DNA from: a virus
DNA: 64,000 nucleotides
IMG/VR virus record: IMGVR_UViG_3300034190_002630
Direction: 5' to 3' (one strand)
The translations under genes and the position numbers were made by a program. Of the stretch, positions 20,817-31,004 are shown one piece after another. A model generated the notes under the pieces. It was not told where the DNA came from. It saw only the letters and a program-made list of their open reading frames with translations, and made no database searches. How positions within the stretch are numbered: position 1 is the stretch's first letter; each line of letters begins with the position of its first letter.

Positions 20817-20843
20817 AAGAGGGGGCTTCGGCCCCCTTTTTTA
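20817..20843 (+). terminator. Rho-independent terminator after gp23
   Basis: AGGGGGC-TTCG-GCCCCCT followed by a T run. Confidence 0.92.
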
Positions 20844-20861
20844 TTTCTACTAAATAATATC

Positions 20862-21443
20862 ATGGCGACAGTTTCAAGACAACCAACTACAATGGACTAT
20901 GTTAGTCCTACACAGTTTAAATTTACAATCACTCAACTTCCAAAAGTAGAGTTCTTTGTTACAAACTGCAATCTACCTGGCATTAGTCTTGGTGAAACTA
21001 TATTTCCTACACCTTTCAAACCAATACCTGTACAAGGAGACGAACTTACTTTTGATAATCTATCAATAGGTTTCCAAGTATCAGAGAATCTAGAAAACTA
21101 TATTGAATTACATAACTGGTTATTAGCGATTGGATTTCCTAAGTCAAGACAACAATTCGCAACACATAGAAGTACAACATCAAATACTTCAAATACAACT
21201 AGAGGTGGAACGACAAATGATATTGGTAAAGTCGAGTTGCAAACACCTGCTAATCCAATGTTTTCTGATGCAACGCTTACAATTTTATCAAACAAAAACA
21301 ATCCGTTAGTTGAGGTAAGATTTGAGGATTTATATCCAACAACGTTGTCTGCATTAGAATTTACACAAGAAGAAACAGATGTTACTTACATAAAAGCAAC
21401 ATCAGAATTTACATATAAATATTACGAAATAATTACATTATAA
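20862..21443 (+). CDS. gp3: Tail completion protein gp3-like
   Basis: PKVEFF...NLPGISLG, ENLENYIELHNW, SDATLTIL; position after gp23. Confidence 0.8.
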   Translation: MATVSRQPTTMDYVSPTQFKFTITQLPKVEFFVTNCNLPGISLGETIFPTPFKPIPVQGDELTFDNLSIGFQVSENLENYIELHNWLLAIGFPKSRQQFATHRSTTSNTSNTTRGGTTNDIGKVELQTPANPMFSDATLTILSNKNNPLVEVRFEDLYPTTLSALEFTQEETDVTYIKATSEFTYKYYEIITL

Positions 21444-21472
21444 TTGACTTTTAGTTAATATTATGTTAGGAT
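21444..21472 (+). promoter_or_regulatory. Sigma70-like promoter (uvsY)
   Basis: TTGACT-17 nt-TAGGAT with extended TGn. Confidence 0.6.
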
Positions 21473-21479
21473 ACTTATT

Positions 21480-21908
21480 ATGACCTTAGATGAATTAAAA
21501 CAAATCGTTTACAAACAATTACCCGTAGATAAAGATCACTTAGATACAGAGTCTTTGAGAAACCAAGAACTATATGCAAAGTTCATAGATTATAAAACTA
21601 ACTTTGATTTTTTACTTGCAAAAGCAAAAGGTGAATACAAAGTTTTATATAAAGAAAAATGGGAATATTATGGTGGAAAAGCAGACGCAAAAATATATGT
21701 CACAAAACCATTTGATCTCAAAGTTTTGAAAAATGATTTACATATCTACATAGAATCTGATAAAGAAATAATTGATGCAGAAAATAAAATAGTTTATTTA
21801 GAAACTACTGTAAAATACATTGATTATGTTCTGAAATCAATTCAGTCTAGAGGGTGGGATATAAAAAATGCAATTGAGTGGAAAAAGTTTGAAGCCGGAA
21901 TGGTTTAG
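21480..21908 (+). CDS. uvsY: Recombination mediator UvsY
   Basis: KWEYYGGK, PFDLKVLK, RGWDIKNAIEW; synteny. Confidence 0.88.
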   Translation: MTLDELKQIVYKQLPVDKDHLDTESLRNQELYAKFIDYKTNFDFLLAKAKGEYKVLYKEKWEYYGGKADAKIYVTKPFDLKVLKNDLHIYIESDKEIIDAENKIVYLETTVKYIDYVLKSIQSRGWDIKNAIEWKKFEAGMV

Positions 21909-22383
21909 TAAAGTTCAACAAATGAGAAACGAGGAAGTTGACTTCCTCTATGAAATGGTTGAACAAACTGAAGGTGACATACTTGAGATAGGTATGGGTG
22001 GTTCTACTTTTGCATTTTTAGATGCCACAAAGGATACAGATAGACAAGTTTGGTCAATCGATATGAAAAATAAACTTGAAAAATATTATGATTATATTCC
22101 ACAAGACTATCAAGAGAGATTAAATTTTATTCAAGCAGATTCACATCAAACAGTATTGCGAAAAGAGTTTGGATTATTATTGATTGATGGTGATCATCAT
22201 TTTGATGCAGTTAGAAAAGATACAATGTCATTTTGGTCAAACGTAAATGATGACGGACTAATTTTGTATCATGATTATGATTTAAAAGAAGTAAATCAAT
22301 TTGTTGATTCATGGATATATGATTTCGAATATGCCTTAGTTCATAAAATACAAAACAATCTCATCGCACTAAAAAAAGTATGA
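21868..22383 (+). CDS. Class I SAM-dependent methyltransferase (start uncertain)
   Basis: ILEIGMGGS, SID, LLIDGDH, HDY motifs (Methyltransf_24-like). Confidence 0.75.
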   Translation: MQLSGKSLKPEWFSKVQQMRNEEVDFLYEMVEQTEGDILEIGMGGSTFAFLDATKDTDRQVWSIDMKNKLEKYYDYIPQDYQERLNFIQADSHQTVLRKEFGLLLIDGDHHFDAVRKDTMSFWSNVNDDGLILYHDYDLKEVNQFVDSWIYDFEYALVHKIQNNLIALKKV

Positions 22384-23813
22384 TCTTTGTACATAAACTA
22401 AATGATGTCTACCTTCAGGTAGAATGTGAACCACATGTTTCAAGAGAGTTAAGTTCGTTCTTTGAGTTTGAAGTGCCTGGTGCAAGATTCATGCCTGCCT
22501 ATCGTAATAGAATGTGGGATGGTAAGATTAGATTATTCTCACAAAAAACAAACAAAATTTATGTTGGATTACTTTCATATCTTGAAGATTTTTTTAAAAA
22601 TAATGAACTAGAATATGTTTTGCATGAAAATGTAGAAGATAAAAAGTTGATAAATGTAAATGATGTGAATGGATTTGTTAAGTCTTTGAAGATCCCTTTT
22701 GAAGCAAGAGATTATCAATTTGGTGCAATATGCACTGCGATTGAAAAATCAAGAAGATTATTTTTATCACCAACTGCATCTGGTAAGTCTTTTATCATCT
22801 ATTGTTTAGTTCGTTATTATAGAATGATGAACAAAAAAATATTAATATTAGTTCCAACGACATCGCTTGTAGAACAAATGACAAGTGATTTTATATCATA
22901 TGGTTGGGATGATGATAACATACATAAAGTTTATTCGGGTTATGATAAACAAACAGATAAACCTGTTGTGATATCTACATGGCAATCGCTTTACAAACTT
23001 CCTAAAAAATATTTTGAACAATACCAATGTATCTTTGGTGATGAGGCACACACGTTTAAAGCAAAGTCACTTACTAGCATCATGGAAAAATTAGAAGATT
23101 GTCCTTATCGTTTTGGTTTTACTGGTACACTTGACGGAACACAAACACATAGATTAGTTTTGGAAGGTTTATTTGGAAAGGTAGAAAAAGTTATTTCTAC
23201 AAAAGAACTTATGGATAAAAAAACATTGGCAAAATTAGATGCAAACTGCATCGTGCTTAAATATGGTGAAGATGAAAGTAAACAAATTAAAGATCATAAA
23301 TATTCTGAAGAAATAAATTTTCTTGTAAGTCACAATAAAAGAAATACGTTCATCATTAATTTATGTAAAAGATTGAAAGGCAACACCCTATGTCTATTTC
23401 AGTTAGTCGAAAAACATGGTAATGTATTATACGATATGATGAAAGGTGATAATACTCATTATGTACATGGAGGCACAAGTGCTGAAGACAGAGAGAGAGT
23501 TAGAGAACTTGTTAACAATTCAAATAATTCAATTATTATTGCATCGTATGGTACTTTCTCTACTGGTATTAATATTCCTAATCTTAATAACATCGTGTTC
23601 GCAAGTCCAAGTAAAAGCAGAATACGTGTGTTACAATCGATTGGCCGTGGATTGCGTAAGTCCACAAATAAAGATTCCGTATTAATTTATGACATATGCG
23701 ATGATCTATCATACAAAGGTAAGAAGAACTTTACATTATTACATTTTGAAGAAAGAATAAATATATACAACGAGGAAAGTTTCTCATATAGGATAAACAC
23801 AGTAAACATATGA
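22380..23813 (+). CDS. uvsW: SF2 helicase UvsW
   Basis: SPTASGKS, DEAH, TGT, QSIGRGLR. Confidence 0.95.
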   Translation: MIFVHKLNDVYLQVECEPHVSRELSSFFEFEVPGARFMPAYRNRMWDGKIRLFSQKTNKIYVGLLSYLEDFFKNNELEYVLHENVEDKKLINVNDVNGFVKSLKIPFEARDYQFGAICTAIEKSRRLFLSPTASGKSFIIYCLVRYYRMMNKKILILVPTTSLVEQMTSDFISYGWDDDNIHKVYSGYDKQTDKPVVISTWQSLYKLPKKYFEQYQCIFGDEAHTFKAKSLTSIMEKLEDCPYRFGFTGTLDGTQTHRLVLEGLFGKVEKVISTKELMDKKTLAKLDANCIVLKYGEDESKQIKDHKYSEEINFLVSHNKRNTFIINLCKRLKGNTLCLFQLVEKHGNVLYDMMKGDNTHYVHGGTSAEDRERVRELVNNSNNSIIIASYGTFSTGINIPNLNNIVFASPSKSRIRVLQSIGRGLRKSTNKDSVLIYDICDDLSYKGKKNFTLLHFEERINIYNEESFSYRINTVNI

Positions 23814-24217
23814 CACAACAAATAATAAAATTTAATTCAGGTGATCAAGTGATTTGTGATGTTATCAAAGATTCAGGTGATTATCTATCTATCGAAAACC
23901 CAATGAAAATGGATACAGTACCAAGAGTAACAAGAAAAGGTATTGTTGAATCGTTAACATTATCAAGATGGTTATATCCTTATAGTGAACAAAAGATATG
24001 CAAAGTAAGAAAAGATTCAATTACAACAATAATGTCTGCATCTGAAGGTATGAAAACATTTTATAGAAGACAACTAGATCAAGGTGTAAAAACTGAACTA
24101 AAAGTTCATGATTGGGATGCAAAAGATTTAGGAGAAGATTTTGATGAAGATGAAGTTAGAAGATACCTTGAAAGTTTAGAACCTTCAAAGTCTGTAAAGA
24201 AAAAGATACTTCATTAA
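23810..24217 (+). CDS. Hypothetical protein, Sm-like N-terminus
   Basis: IIKFNSGDQVIC...IENP; located between uvsW and gp55. Confidence 0.55.
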   Translation: MTQQIIKFNSGDQVICDVIKDSGDYLSIENPMKMDTVPRVTRKGIVESLTLSRWLYPYSEQKICKVRKDSITTIMSASEGMKTFYRRQLDQGVKTELKVHDWDAKDLGEDFDEDEVRRYLESLEPSKSVKKKILH

Positions 24218-24285
24218 CTCATACAGGACAAGCCTGATTATACAGGTTTAAAAAATAAAGTCAAGGGTAAATAAAATTTTTTTGA

Positions 24286-24314
24286 TTGACATTTATCCCA
24301 TAAAGTGATAGATT
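24286..24314 (+). promoter_or_regulatory. Sigma70-like promoter (gp55)
   Basis: TTGACA-17 nt-TAGATT with extended TGn. Confidence 0.6.
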
Positions 24315-24319
24315 ATTAC

Positions 24320-24859
24320 ATGGCCAGAACTAAGAAAAATCCACAACATTATGTAGATAATAAAAAACTTTTAGAAGAAATGAAAAAGTTTAAAAAGGAT
24401 TGTAAAGATGCTGATGCAGTTGGTGATAACATGCCACCTGTACCTGATTATATTGGCGAGTGTTTTTTAAAAATTGCAAATGGATTATCATTTAGACCTA
24501 ACTTTATTAATTATACTTATAGAGATGAGATGATATCAGATGGCATAGAAAATTGTTTACAATACGTATATAATTTTGATCCAAATAAATCTAATAATCC
24601 TTTTGCATATTTTACTCAGATAATATATTTTGCGTTTATTAGACGTATTCAAAAAGAAAAAAAACAAACACATATCAAACATAAAATAATTGAGAAAGAA
24701 GAATATAGAACACATGATACTTTGGCAATGGATTCAACAAATTATAGTATTCATGGTTTTGATCCTACTATCATGTTACCTGATGAACCAGTTTACAAAA
24801 CAAAAGAAAAAGAAAAATCACAACAACCGTCTGGTCTTGAGGAGTTTATGGAAGATTAA
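24320..24859 (+). CDS. gp55: Late-transcription sigma factor gp55
   Basis: HYVDNK, YIGECFLKIA, NFINYTYRDEMISDGIENC, NPFAYFTQI. Confidence 0.95.
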   Translation: MARTKKNPQHYVDNKKLLEEMKKFKKDCKDADAVGDNMPPVPDYIGECFLKIANGLSFRPNFINYTYRDEMISDGIENCLQYVYNFDPNKSNNPFAYFTQIIYFAFIRRIQKEKKQTHIKHKIIEKEEYRTHDTLAMDSTNYSIHGFDPTIMLPDEPVYKTKEKEKSQQPSGLEEFMED

Positions 24860-25920
24860 TGAAAGTTGCTATATTATGTGATTCGCACTTTGGTGCAAGA
24901 AATGATAATTCTTTTTTTCTAGAATATATGTTACAATTCTATGAGGGAATATTCTTTCCTTATTTACAACAACACGATATCAAAACTGTAATTCATTTAG
25001 GTGACTTAATGGATAGAAGAAAATATGTATCTATTAAAACTGCGAAAGAATTTAGAGAAAGATTTATGCTTCCTATAAATCATTTGAAGTTAGACTTTCA
25101 TTGTCTTGTTGGTAATCATGATATCTTTTTTAAAAATACAAATGATGTAAATTCTTTAAGAGAACTAATTGATGGTAGATCAAATAAAATTAAAATATAT
25201 GAAGATCCAACTGAAGTCAATATAGGTGGACTAGATATTTTATTTTTACCATGGATTACACCACAGAATCAAATATACGCTGAGGGTATGATAGATTCTA
25301 CAGATGCTTCTATCGTAATGGGTCATCTAGAAATAAAAGGTTTTCAAATGTACAAAGGGATACAAAGTGATCATGGTATCGATAAAAGTTTATTCTCAAA
25401 GTTTCAATCAGTGTTTTCAGGTCATTATCATCATAAATCAGATGATGGTCAGATATATTATCTTGGAGCACCTTATGAGATTTATTGGAATGATTACAAT
25501 GATCCAAAAGGATTTCATATATTTGATACAGAAACTTTAGAACTAACAAGAGTTTTAAATCCTTTCAGAATGCATGAAAAAATATTTTATGATGATACAC
25601 AAACAGCATATGAAAATCATGATGTCACACAATATACAAATAAATTTGTAAAGGTAGTAGTTGTTAATAAAAAAGATCTCTATCAGTTTGATAGATTTAT
25701 GGAAAGACTAATGAAGGCAAACTGTCATGATGTCAAAGTAATTGAAGACTTTTCTGATTTATCTGCTGATTCAGTATCAGATGATATAGTTCAGTATGCA
25801 GAAGACACTACGACATTAATAAACAAATATGTTGATGAACTTGAGATAGAATTAGATAAAGATAGAATCAAAAGAATTATGAGAGGATTATATAATGAGG
25901 CACAAGATTTAGAGTTATGA
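24859..25920 (+). CDS. gp47: Recombination endonuclease gp47 (Mre11-like)
   Basis: DSHFG, GD..D, GNHD, GH, SGHYH phosphoesterase motifs. Confidence 0.95.
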   Translation: MKVAILCDSHFGARNDNSFFLEYMLQFYEGIFFPYLQQHDIKTVIHLGDLMDRRKYVSIKTAKEFRERFMLPINHLKLDFHCLVGNHDIFFKNTNDVNSLRELIDGRSNKIKIYEDPTEVNIGGLDILFLPWITPQNQIYAEGMIDSTDASIVMGHLEIKGFQMYKGIQSDHGIDKSLFSKFQSVFSGHYHHKSDDGQIYYLGAPYEIYWNDYNDPKGFHIFDTETLELTRVLNPFRMHEKIFYDDTQTAYENHDVTQYTNKFVKVVVVNKKDLYQFDRFMERLMKANCHDVKVIEDFSDLSADSVSDDIVQYAEDTTTLINKYVDELEIELDKDRIKRIMRGLYNEAQDLEL

Positions 25921-27626
25921 TTAATTTTAAAACTGTGCGTTGGAAAAATTTTCTTTCTACTGGTAATCAATTCACAGAGATACCTTTAGATAAAAATGCG
26001 ACAACACTTATCGTTGGCGAAAACGGTGCAGGCAAATCAACAATATTAGATGCACTATGTTTTTCACTATTTGGAAAACCTTTTAGAGTGATTAGTAAAT
26101 CACAATTAGTAAATTCTATTAATGATAGAGAGACAGTTGTTGAAGTTGAGTTTAGTATAGGAACTAAAGAATGGAAGATCGTAAGAGGTATTAGACCAAA
26201 TACTTTTGAGATATATTGTGATAATATTTTAATTAATCAAGATGCAAACTCAAGAGATTATCAAAAATTTTTAGAACAAAATGTTTTAAGATTAAATTAT
26301 AGATCATTTACACAAGTTGTCATTTTAGGATCATCTACGTTTGTTCCTTTTATGCAACTCAAAGCATCTCATCGTAGAGAAGTTGTTGAAGAGATACTTG
26401 ACATAAAAATATTTTCTATCATGGGTATGTTACTAAAACAAAAGATAAAAGATATCGCAGATGAAATAAAAGAGTTGGATTATCAGTTTGAACTTGCAGT
26501 AGAAAAGATTGCAATGCAACAAAATTACATTGATGATATGAAAGCAAATAAAGAACAAATCATATCAGATAAACAAGTCACACATAAAAATAATAAAACT
26601 GTTTTAGATGAAAGAACTGAAGAGTTTGATTTTATTGGTGATGAAAGTATTGACTTGATGAAACAAGTAGATGATCAAGATATCGTAAAAAATAAACTAC
26701 AAAAGTTTAATAATCTTAGGGCTACACTGATTGAAAAACATAAACAGTTAACAAAAGATGCAGATTTTTTTAAGAATAATGATAACTGCCCAGTATGTTT
26801 ACAAGATATAGAGTCTTCACACAAACAATCAATGTTAACAGATAAAGAAAATAAAATAAAAGAAATAGTTGATGGCGCAACTAAACTTAAAGATGAATTA
26901 ACAGATGTTGAAAATAGATTGAATGAGATCAATGATATAATGACAAAAGTTCGTGATAATGAAGTTAGAAGAGCAGAGTTATCATCATCGATTACAGAAT
27001 TAGAAAAATATAATAAAAAACTAGAAGATGAGATTGCATCATTTGAGGCAGGTTCAGTATCAGAGACAGACATTGATAAATTATCAAATATGAAAGATGA
27101 ATGCAAGGGTATCGAGAATACTAGAAGTACAAAGAAAGAAGAGAGAACTTACGTACACGCAGCCAGAGATATGTTAGATGATGCAGGTATCAAAACAAAA
27201 ATCATCAAACAATATCTGCCAATTATGAATCAATTAATTAATAAGTATTTAATGTCTATGGAGTTTTATGTAAACTTTAATCTAGATGAAAACTTTAATG
27301 AAACTATTAGATCAAGATTTAGAGATGCGTTTAATTATGCGTCATTTAGTGAAGGTGAAAAAATGCGTATTGATCTTGCTTTACTTTTTACATGGAGAGC
27401 GATTGCAAAGATGAAAAATTCTACAAATACAAATCTTTTAATACTTGATGAGATATTTGACAGTTCACTTGATGGTCAAGGAACAGATGAATTTTTAAGA
27501 ATATTAAATACACTTGATAATGAAAATGTATTCGTAATAAGTCACAAAGGTGATCAACTTGTAGATAAATTTAGAAATAGTATCAAGTTTGAAAAGACAC
27601 AAAACTTTAGTAGGATAGCATCATGA
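25917..27626 (+). CDS. gp46: Recombination ATPase gp46 (Rad50-like)
   Basis: GENGAGKS, zinc hook CPVC, FSEGEKMRID, LDEIFD. Confidence 0.96.
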   Translation: MINFKTVRWKNFLSTGNQFTEIPLDKNATTLIVGENGAGKSTILDALCFSLFGKPFRVISKSQLVNSINDRETVVEVEFSIGTKEWKIVRGIRPNTFEIYCDNILINQDANSRDYQKFLEQNVLRLNYRSFTQVVILGSSTFVPFMQLKASHRREVVEEILDIKIFSIMGMLLKQKIKDIADEIKELDYQFELAVEKIAMQQNYIDDMKANKEQIISDKQVTHKNNKTVLDERTEEFDFIGDESIDLMKQVDDQDIVKNKLQKFNNLRATLIEKHKQLTKDADFFKNNDNCPVCLQDIESSHKQSMLTDKENKIKEIVDGATKLKDELTDVENRLNEINDIMTKVRDNEVRRAELSSSITELEKYNKKLEDEIASFEAGSVSETDIDKLSNMKDECKGIENTRSTKKEERTYVHAARDMLDDAGIKTKIIKQYLPIMNQLINKYLMSMEFYVNFNLDENFNETIRSRFRDAFNYASFSEGEKMRIDLALLFTWRAIAKMKNSTNTNLLILDEIFDSSLDGQGTDEFLRILNTLDNENVFVISHKGDQLVDKFRNSIKFEKTQNFSRIAS

Positions 27627-27739
27627 TACATAAAAAAATTAAAAAAATAAAATTATATATTTTATTGTATTGGAATACATTCTTAAAAAGATTTAAGAAA
27701 AAAGAAAAACATGACACTTTCATCTACGAAGATAAATGA
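27623..27739 (+). CDS. 38-aa basic peptide MIHKKIKKIKLYILLYWNTFLKRFKKKEKHDTFIYEDK (not in ORF track)
   Basis: ATGA overlap with the gp46 stop; fills the gap before the radical SAM gene. Confidence 0.55.
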   Translation: MIHKKIKKIKLYILLYWNTFLKRFKKKEKHDTFIYEDK

Positions 27740-28442
27740 GGTTTCAATTGGTATTACAAACTTTTGTAATGCAGGTTGTCCTCAATGTCATCGCACTAAT
27801 CCTAATGGGTTGAATACAGTTGATTGGTTGCCACTAACGTCTTGGTCACTTGATGACTTCAAAAGAGCATTTCCAACATTTAAAAATATTAATATTATTG
27901 AGTTCTGTGGTATTTGGGGCGATCCAATCATGGCAAAAGATATATTTGAAATCTGTAAATATATAATAGACAATTCAGATTGTAAAATAGAAATACTAAC
28001 AAACGGTTCTATACGAGATGAAACTTGGTGGTGGAATCTTGGAGTTATGTGTGGAAACAGACTTGAGGTTATTTTTGATATTGATGGCATAACACAAGAG
28101 ATGCATCAACAATATAGAAGAAAAACTAACCTGCAAAAGATACTTAACAATATGGAAACATTAACATCAACGTTTGCAAAAGCAAAAACATTTACAGTTG
28201 TTTTCAAACATAATGAAGATTACATTGAAGAAATAGAAAAACAAAATAAATCTCATGGTGCATTTTTTTGTGAGTTTGTTCATTCAAATAGAATATTTGA
28301 TGAGGAAGATAAGTTTCATTATGTGGATGAAAATGGCGAAAAACAATTTTTAGAAAAATCTTACAAAAAACTTCCTGTAACAACTTGGAGTTGCAGTTGT
28401 GATATTTGTAGACCAAAGAAAGATTTCAATGATAGAGTGTGA
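27711..28442 (+). CDS. Radical SAM protein (core domain only)
   Basis: CNAGCPQC; FCGIWGDP; TNGS; FDIDG; FKHNE. Confidence 0.85.
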   Translation: MTLSSTKINEVSIGITNFCNAGCPQCHRTNPNGLNTVDWLPLTSWSLDDFKRAFPTFKNINIIEFCGIWGDPIMAKDIFEICKYIIDNSDCKIEILTNGSIRDETWWWNLGVMCGNRLEVIFDIDGITQEMHQQYRRKTNLQKILNNMETLTSTFAKAKTFTVVFKHNEDYIEEIEKQNKSHGAFFCEFVHSNRIFDEEDKFHYVDENGEKQFLEKSYKKLPVTTWSCSCDICRPKKDFNDRV

Positions 28443-28761
28443 GTGGAAAAAAGAAGGTAGAGTTCAAATAAACCCAGATGGTCAAGTTTATCCATGTTGT
28501 TATCTTTGTACTCCACATTATAGATTTCTTTTAGGTTTCAAGTCAAATTTAACACATAAAGAGCATAAAGATGAACATACTCAACACATTTGGGATGAGT
28601 ATAACGATAATAAAGAAAAATTTAATATTAATAATAGATCATTAGAAGAAATACTAAACGATAAATGGTTCACAGAAACATTACCTAAATCATGGGAGAG
28701 TGAAGATACTGCGTTAGTTCAATGTATTGAACACTGCACAGTAGATAAAAAGGATGAATAG
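28429..28761 (+). CDS. Stand-alone SPASM/twitch Fe-S domain protein
   Basis: C...INPDGQVYPCCY...SLEEIL...CIEHC. Confidence 0.7.
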   Translation: MIECEWKKEGRVQINPDGQVYPCCYLCTPHYRFLLGFKSNLTHKEHKDEHTQHIWDEYNDNKEKFNINNRSLEEILNDKWFTETLPKSWESEDTALVQCIEHCTVDKKDE

Positions 28762-29695
28762 TAATTTATGTAAAGCACCTCATACAAATATGTATTGTTC
28801 AGTGGAAGGTTTTGTTTCGCCTTGTTGGTTGACTATTGGTAATTGTGATCAATGGTCTGAAACTAGATCACTTAAAGATATTTGGTTTGGGGAACATTTT
28901 GATAAGTATAGAAACAAATGTTGTAGTTTACATAAAGACTTCACTATTGCAGATGCGTATAAAGACAATGTAGTGAAAAAATATCCTAGTATGATAGAAC
29001 TTGAATTATCAAATCAATGTAACTTTGAATGTATTATGTGTAATGAAAGATTGTCTTCTGGTATTAGAAAAAATAAAGGTCTTGCACCAATGCCTATGGC
29101 ATATACAAATAAATTTGTCGATGAGGTAGAAGAGTTGTTACCACATTTAGATGAGATTAGATTTAATGGAGGTGAACCTTTTGCTCAGAAAATAGTTTTT
29201 GATATTATAGATCGTGTCACTGATGATACTAAAATTAATATTGCAACTAACGGAAGCATATTAAACAAAAGAGTAAAAGATTATATTAAAAAGAAAAATA
29301 TAAGATTAAATATTAGTATTGATGCTTTAACAAAAGATTTATATGATCAAATTAGAGTGAATGGTGACTTTAATAATGTTATGGAAAATTTTCAGATATT
29401 TAAACAATATTGCGATATTGCAGTTATGGTAAATCCAATGACAAATAATTGGTTTCAGATGAAAGATTTTGTTGACTTCTGTAATGAAAATAATGTATAT
29501 TTAGGATACAACACTGTAAGATATCCAAAACATCTTTCAATACAACATATGCCTGTTGATATGATTGAGGATGTATATCTTACTTTACATAAACAAGTTA
29601 ATACATATCCAAATAAAAATCATAATTGGAAAAGATTTGAGTATTTGGTTGAAACACAAATAAAAAATTGGATGTTGGAAAAATGGAATGGTTAA
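28754..29695 (+). CDS. Radical SAM protein with N-terminal twitch-like domain
   Basis: N-terminal CKAP...G.VSPC; CNFECIMC; GGEPF; ATNGS; ISID. Confidence 0.85.
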   Translation: MNSNLCKAPHTNMYCSVEGFVSPCWLTIGNCDQWSETRSLKDIWFGEHFDKYRNKCCSLHKDFTIADAYKDNVVKKYPSMIELELSNQCNFECIMCNERLSSGIRKNKGLAPMPMAYTNKFVDEVEELLPHLDEIRFNGGEPFAQKIVFDIIDRVTDDTKINIATNGSILNKRVKDYIKKKNIRLNISIDALTKDLYDQIRVNGDFNNVMENFQIFKQYCDIAVMVNPMTNNWFQMKDFVDFCNENNVYLGYNTVRYPKHLSIQHMPVDMIEDVYLTLHKQVNTYPNKNHNWKRFEYLVETQIKNWMLEKWNG

Positions 29696-31004
29696 TTTAG
29701 GAATATCAGAAGGATTTCATGATGCAGGCGTAACTGTATTAGACGGACAAGAAATTAAATACGCATCTCATAGTGAAAGATATAGTAGAAAGAAAGGTGA
29801 TAAATGGATTCATCCAAAACAAATGAAAATAGGTTATCACAATATCGCATATTACGAAAAACCATTTTGGAAAAACACTAGAAGATTTTATGCAAATCAA
29901 TCACTCCAATGGCCAAGAAGAAAATATGACTACTATTTTAAACATCATCAATCACATGCTGCGGCAGGATATTTTACTGCACCATTTCATAATTGCAATA
30001 TTATTGTTGTAGATGCTATTGGTGAATGGGATACTGTTTCGATATGGGATAATATGAAAAAAATTAAGTCATTTAAATATCCATATTCATTAGGATTATT
30101 ATATTCAGCAATTACGCATAGACTTGGTTTGAAACCAAACGAGGATGAATATATCACAATGGGAATGGCTGCATATGGTGAACCTAAATATGATTTAGAA
30201 TATCTTTTGCAAAAGAACAATCATTGGGGTGTAGGAAATTTGTTACCGAATGCACGTGATGAAGATTTGGCCGCATCGATTCAAAATCTTTATGAATCAA
30301 AACTTTTAGAACTGTTGAAATATACGACAAAAAATAATTTGATATTAATGGGTGGATGTGCTTTAAATTGTGTTGCAAACAGTAAGATACCAGATCGATA
30401 TAATATATGGATAATGCCATCACCAGGTGATGCAGGTTCTTCTCTTGGTGCGGCTGCATTGATTAATAAAGTAAGATTAAATTGGAAACATCCATATCTC
30501 GGCCATAACATTGATAGAACTATAAATCCAAAAGAAGTTGTTAGACATTTATTAGAACACAAATATTGTGGGATTGCAAATGGACGTGCTGAGTTTGGAC
30601 CAAGAGCATTAGGAAATCGTTCACTAATTGCTGATCCTAGATATCCTATAAAAGACACAATAAATCAAATTAAAAGACGACAAAAATATCGTCCTTTTGC
30701 ACCCATGATATTAGAAGAACACTTTGACAAATATTTCAAAGGAAGAAAGAATAGATATATGCAATTTGTATCAAAAGCACTACATGATTATAAGTCTGTT
30801 ACGCATGTTGATGGCACTGCCCGTGTACAAGTCGTAGAAAGATCAAATCCGTCTGTAGCCCGCCTTATATTGGAAGAATGGTATGAAAAAACAGGGTGTC
30901 CTATGTTATTGAATACATCCTTGAATATAAAAGGTCAACCTATAGTTAATACATGGGATGATGCAATAGATTTTCAGAAAGAATATAATGTCAAAGTCTT
31001 CTAA
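29688..31004 (+). CDS. O-carbamoyltransferase (CmcH/NodU/TobZ family)
   Basis: FHDAG, ERYSRKK, HHQSHAA, DAIGE, GGCALN, EFGPRALGNRS, RPFAP, HVDGTARVQ, LNTSLN. Confidence 0.93.
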   Translation: MVNLGISEGFHDAGVTVLDGQEIKYASHSERYSRKKGDKWIHPKQMKIGYHNIAYYEKPFWKNTRRFYANQSLQWPRRKYDYYFKHHQSHAAAGYFTAPFHNCNIIVVDAIGEWDTVSIWDNMKKIKSFKYPYSLGLLYSAITHRLGLKPNEDEYITMGMAAYGEPKYDLEYLLQKNNHWGVGNLLPNARDEDLAASIQNLYESKLLELLKYTTKNNLILMGGCALNCVANSKIPDRYNIWIMPSPGDAGSSLGAAALINKVRLNWKHPYLGHNIDRTINPKEVVRHLLEHKYCGIANGRAEFGPRALGNRSLIADPRYPIKDTINQIKRRQKYRPFAPMILEEHFDKYFKGRKNRYMQFVSKALHDYKSVTHVDGTARVQVVERSNPSVARLILEEWYEKTGCPMLLNTSLNIKGQPIVNTWDDAIDFQKEYNVKVF

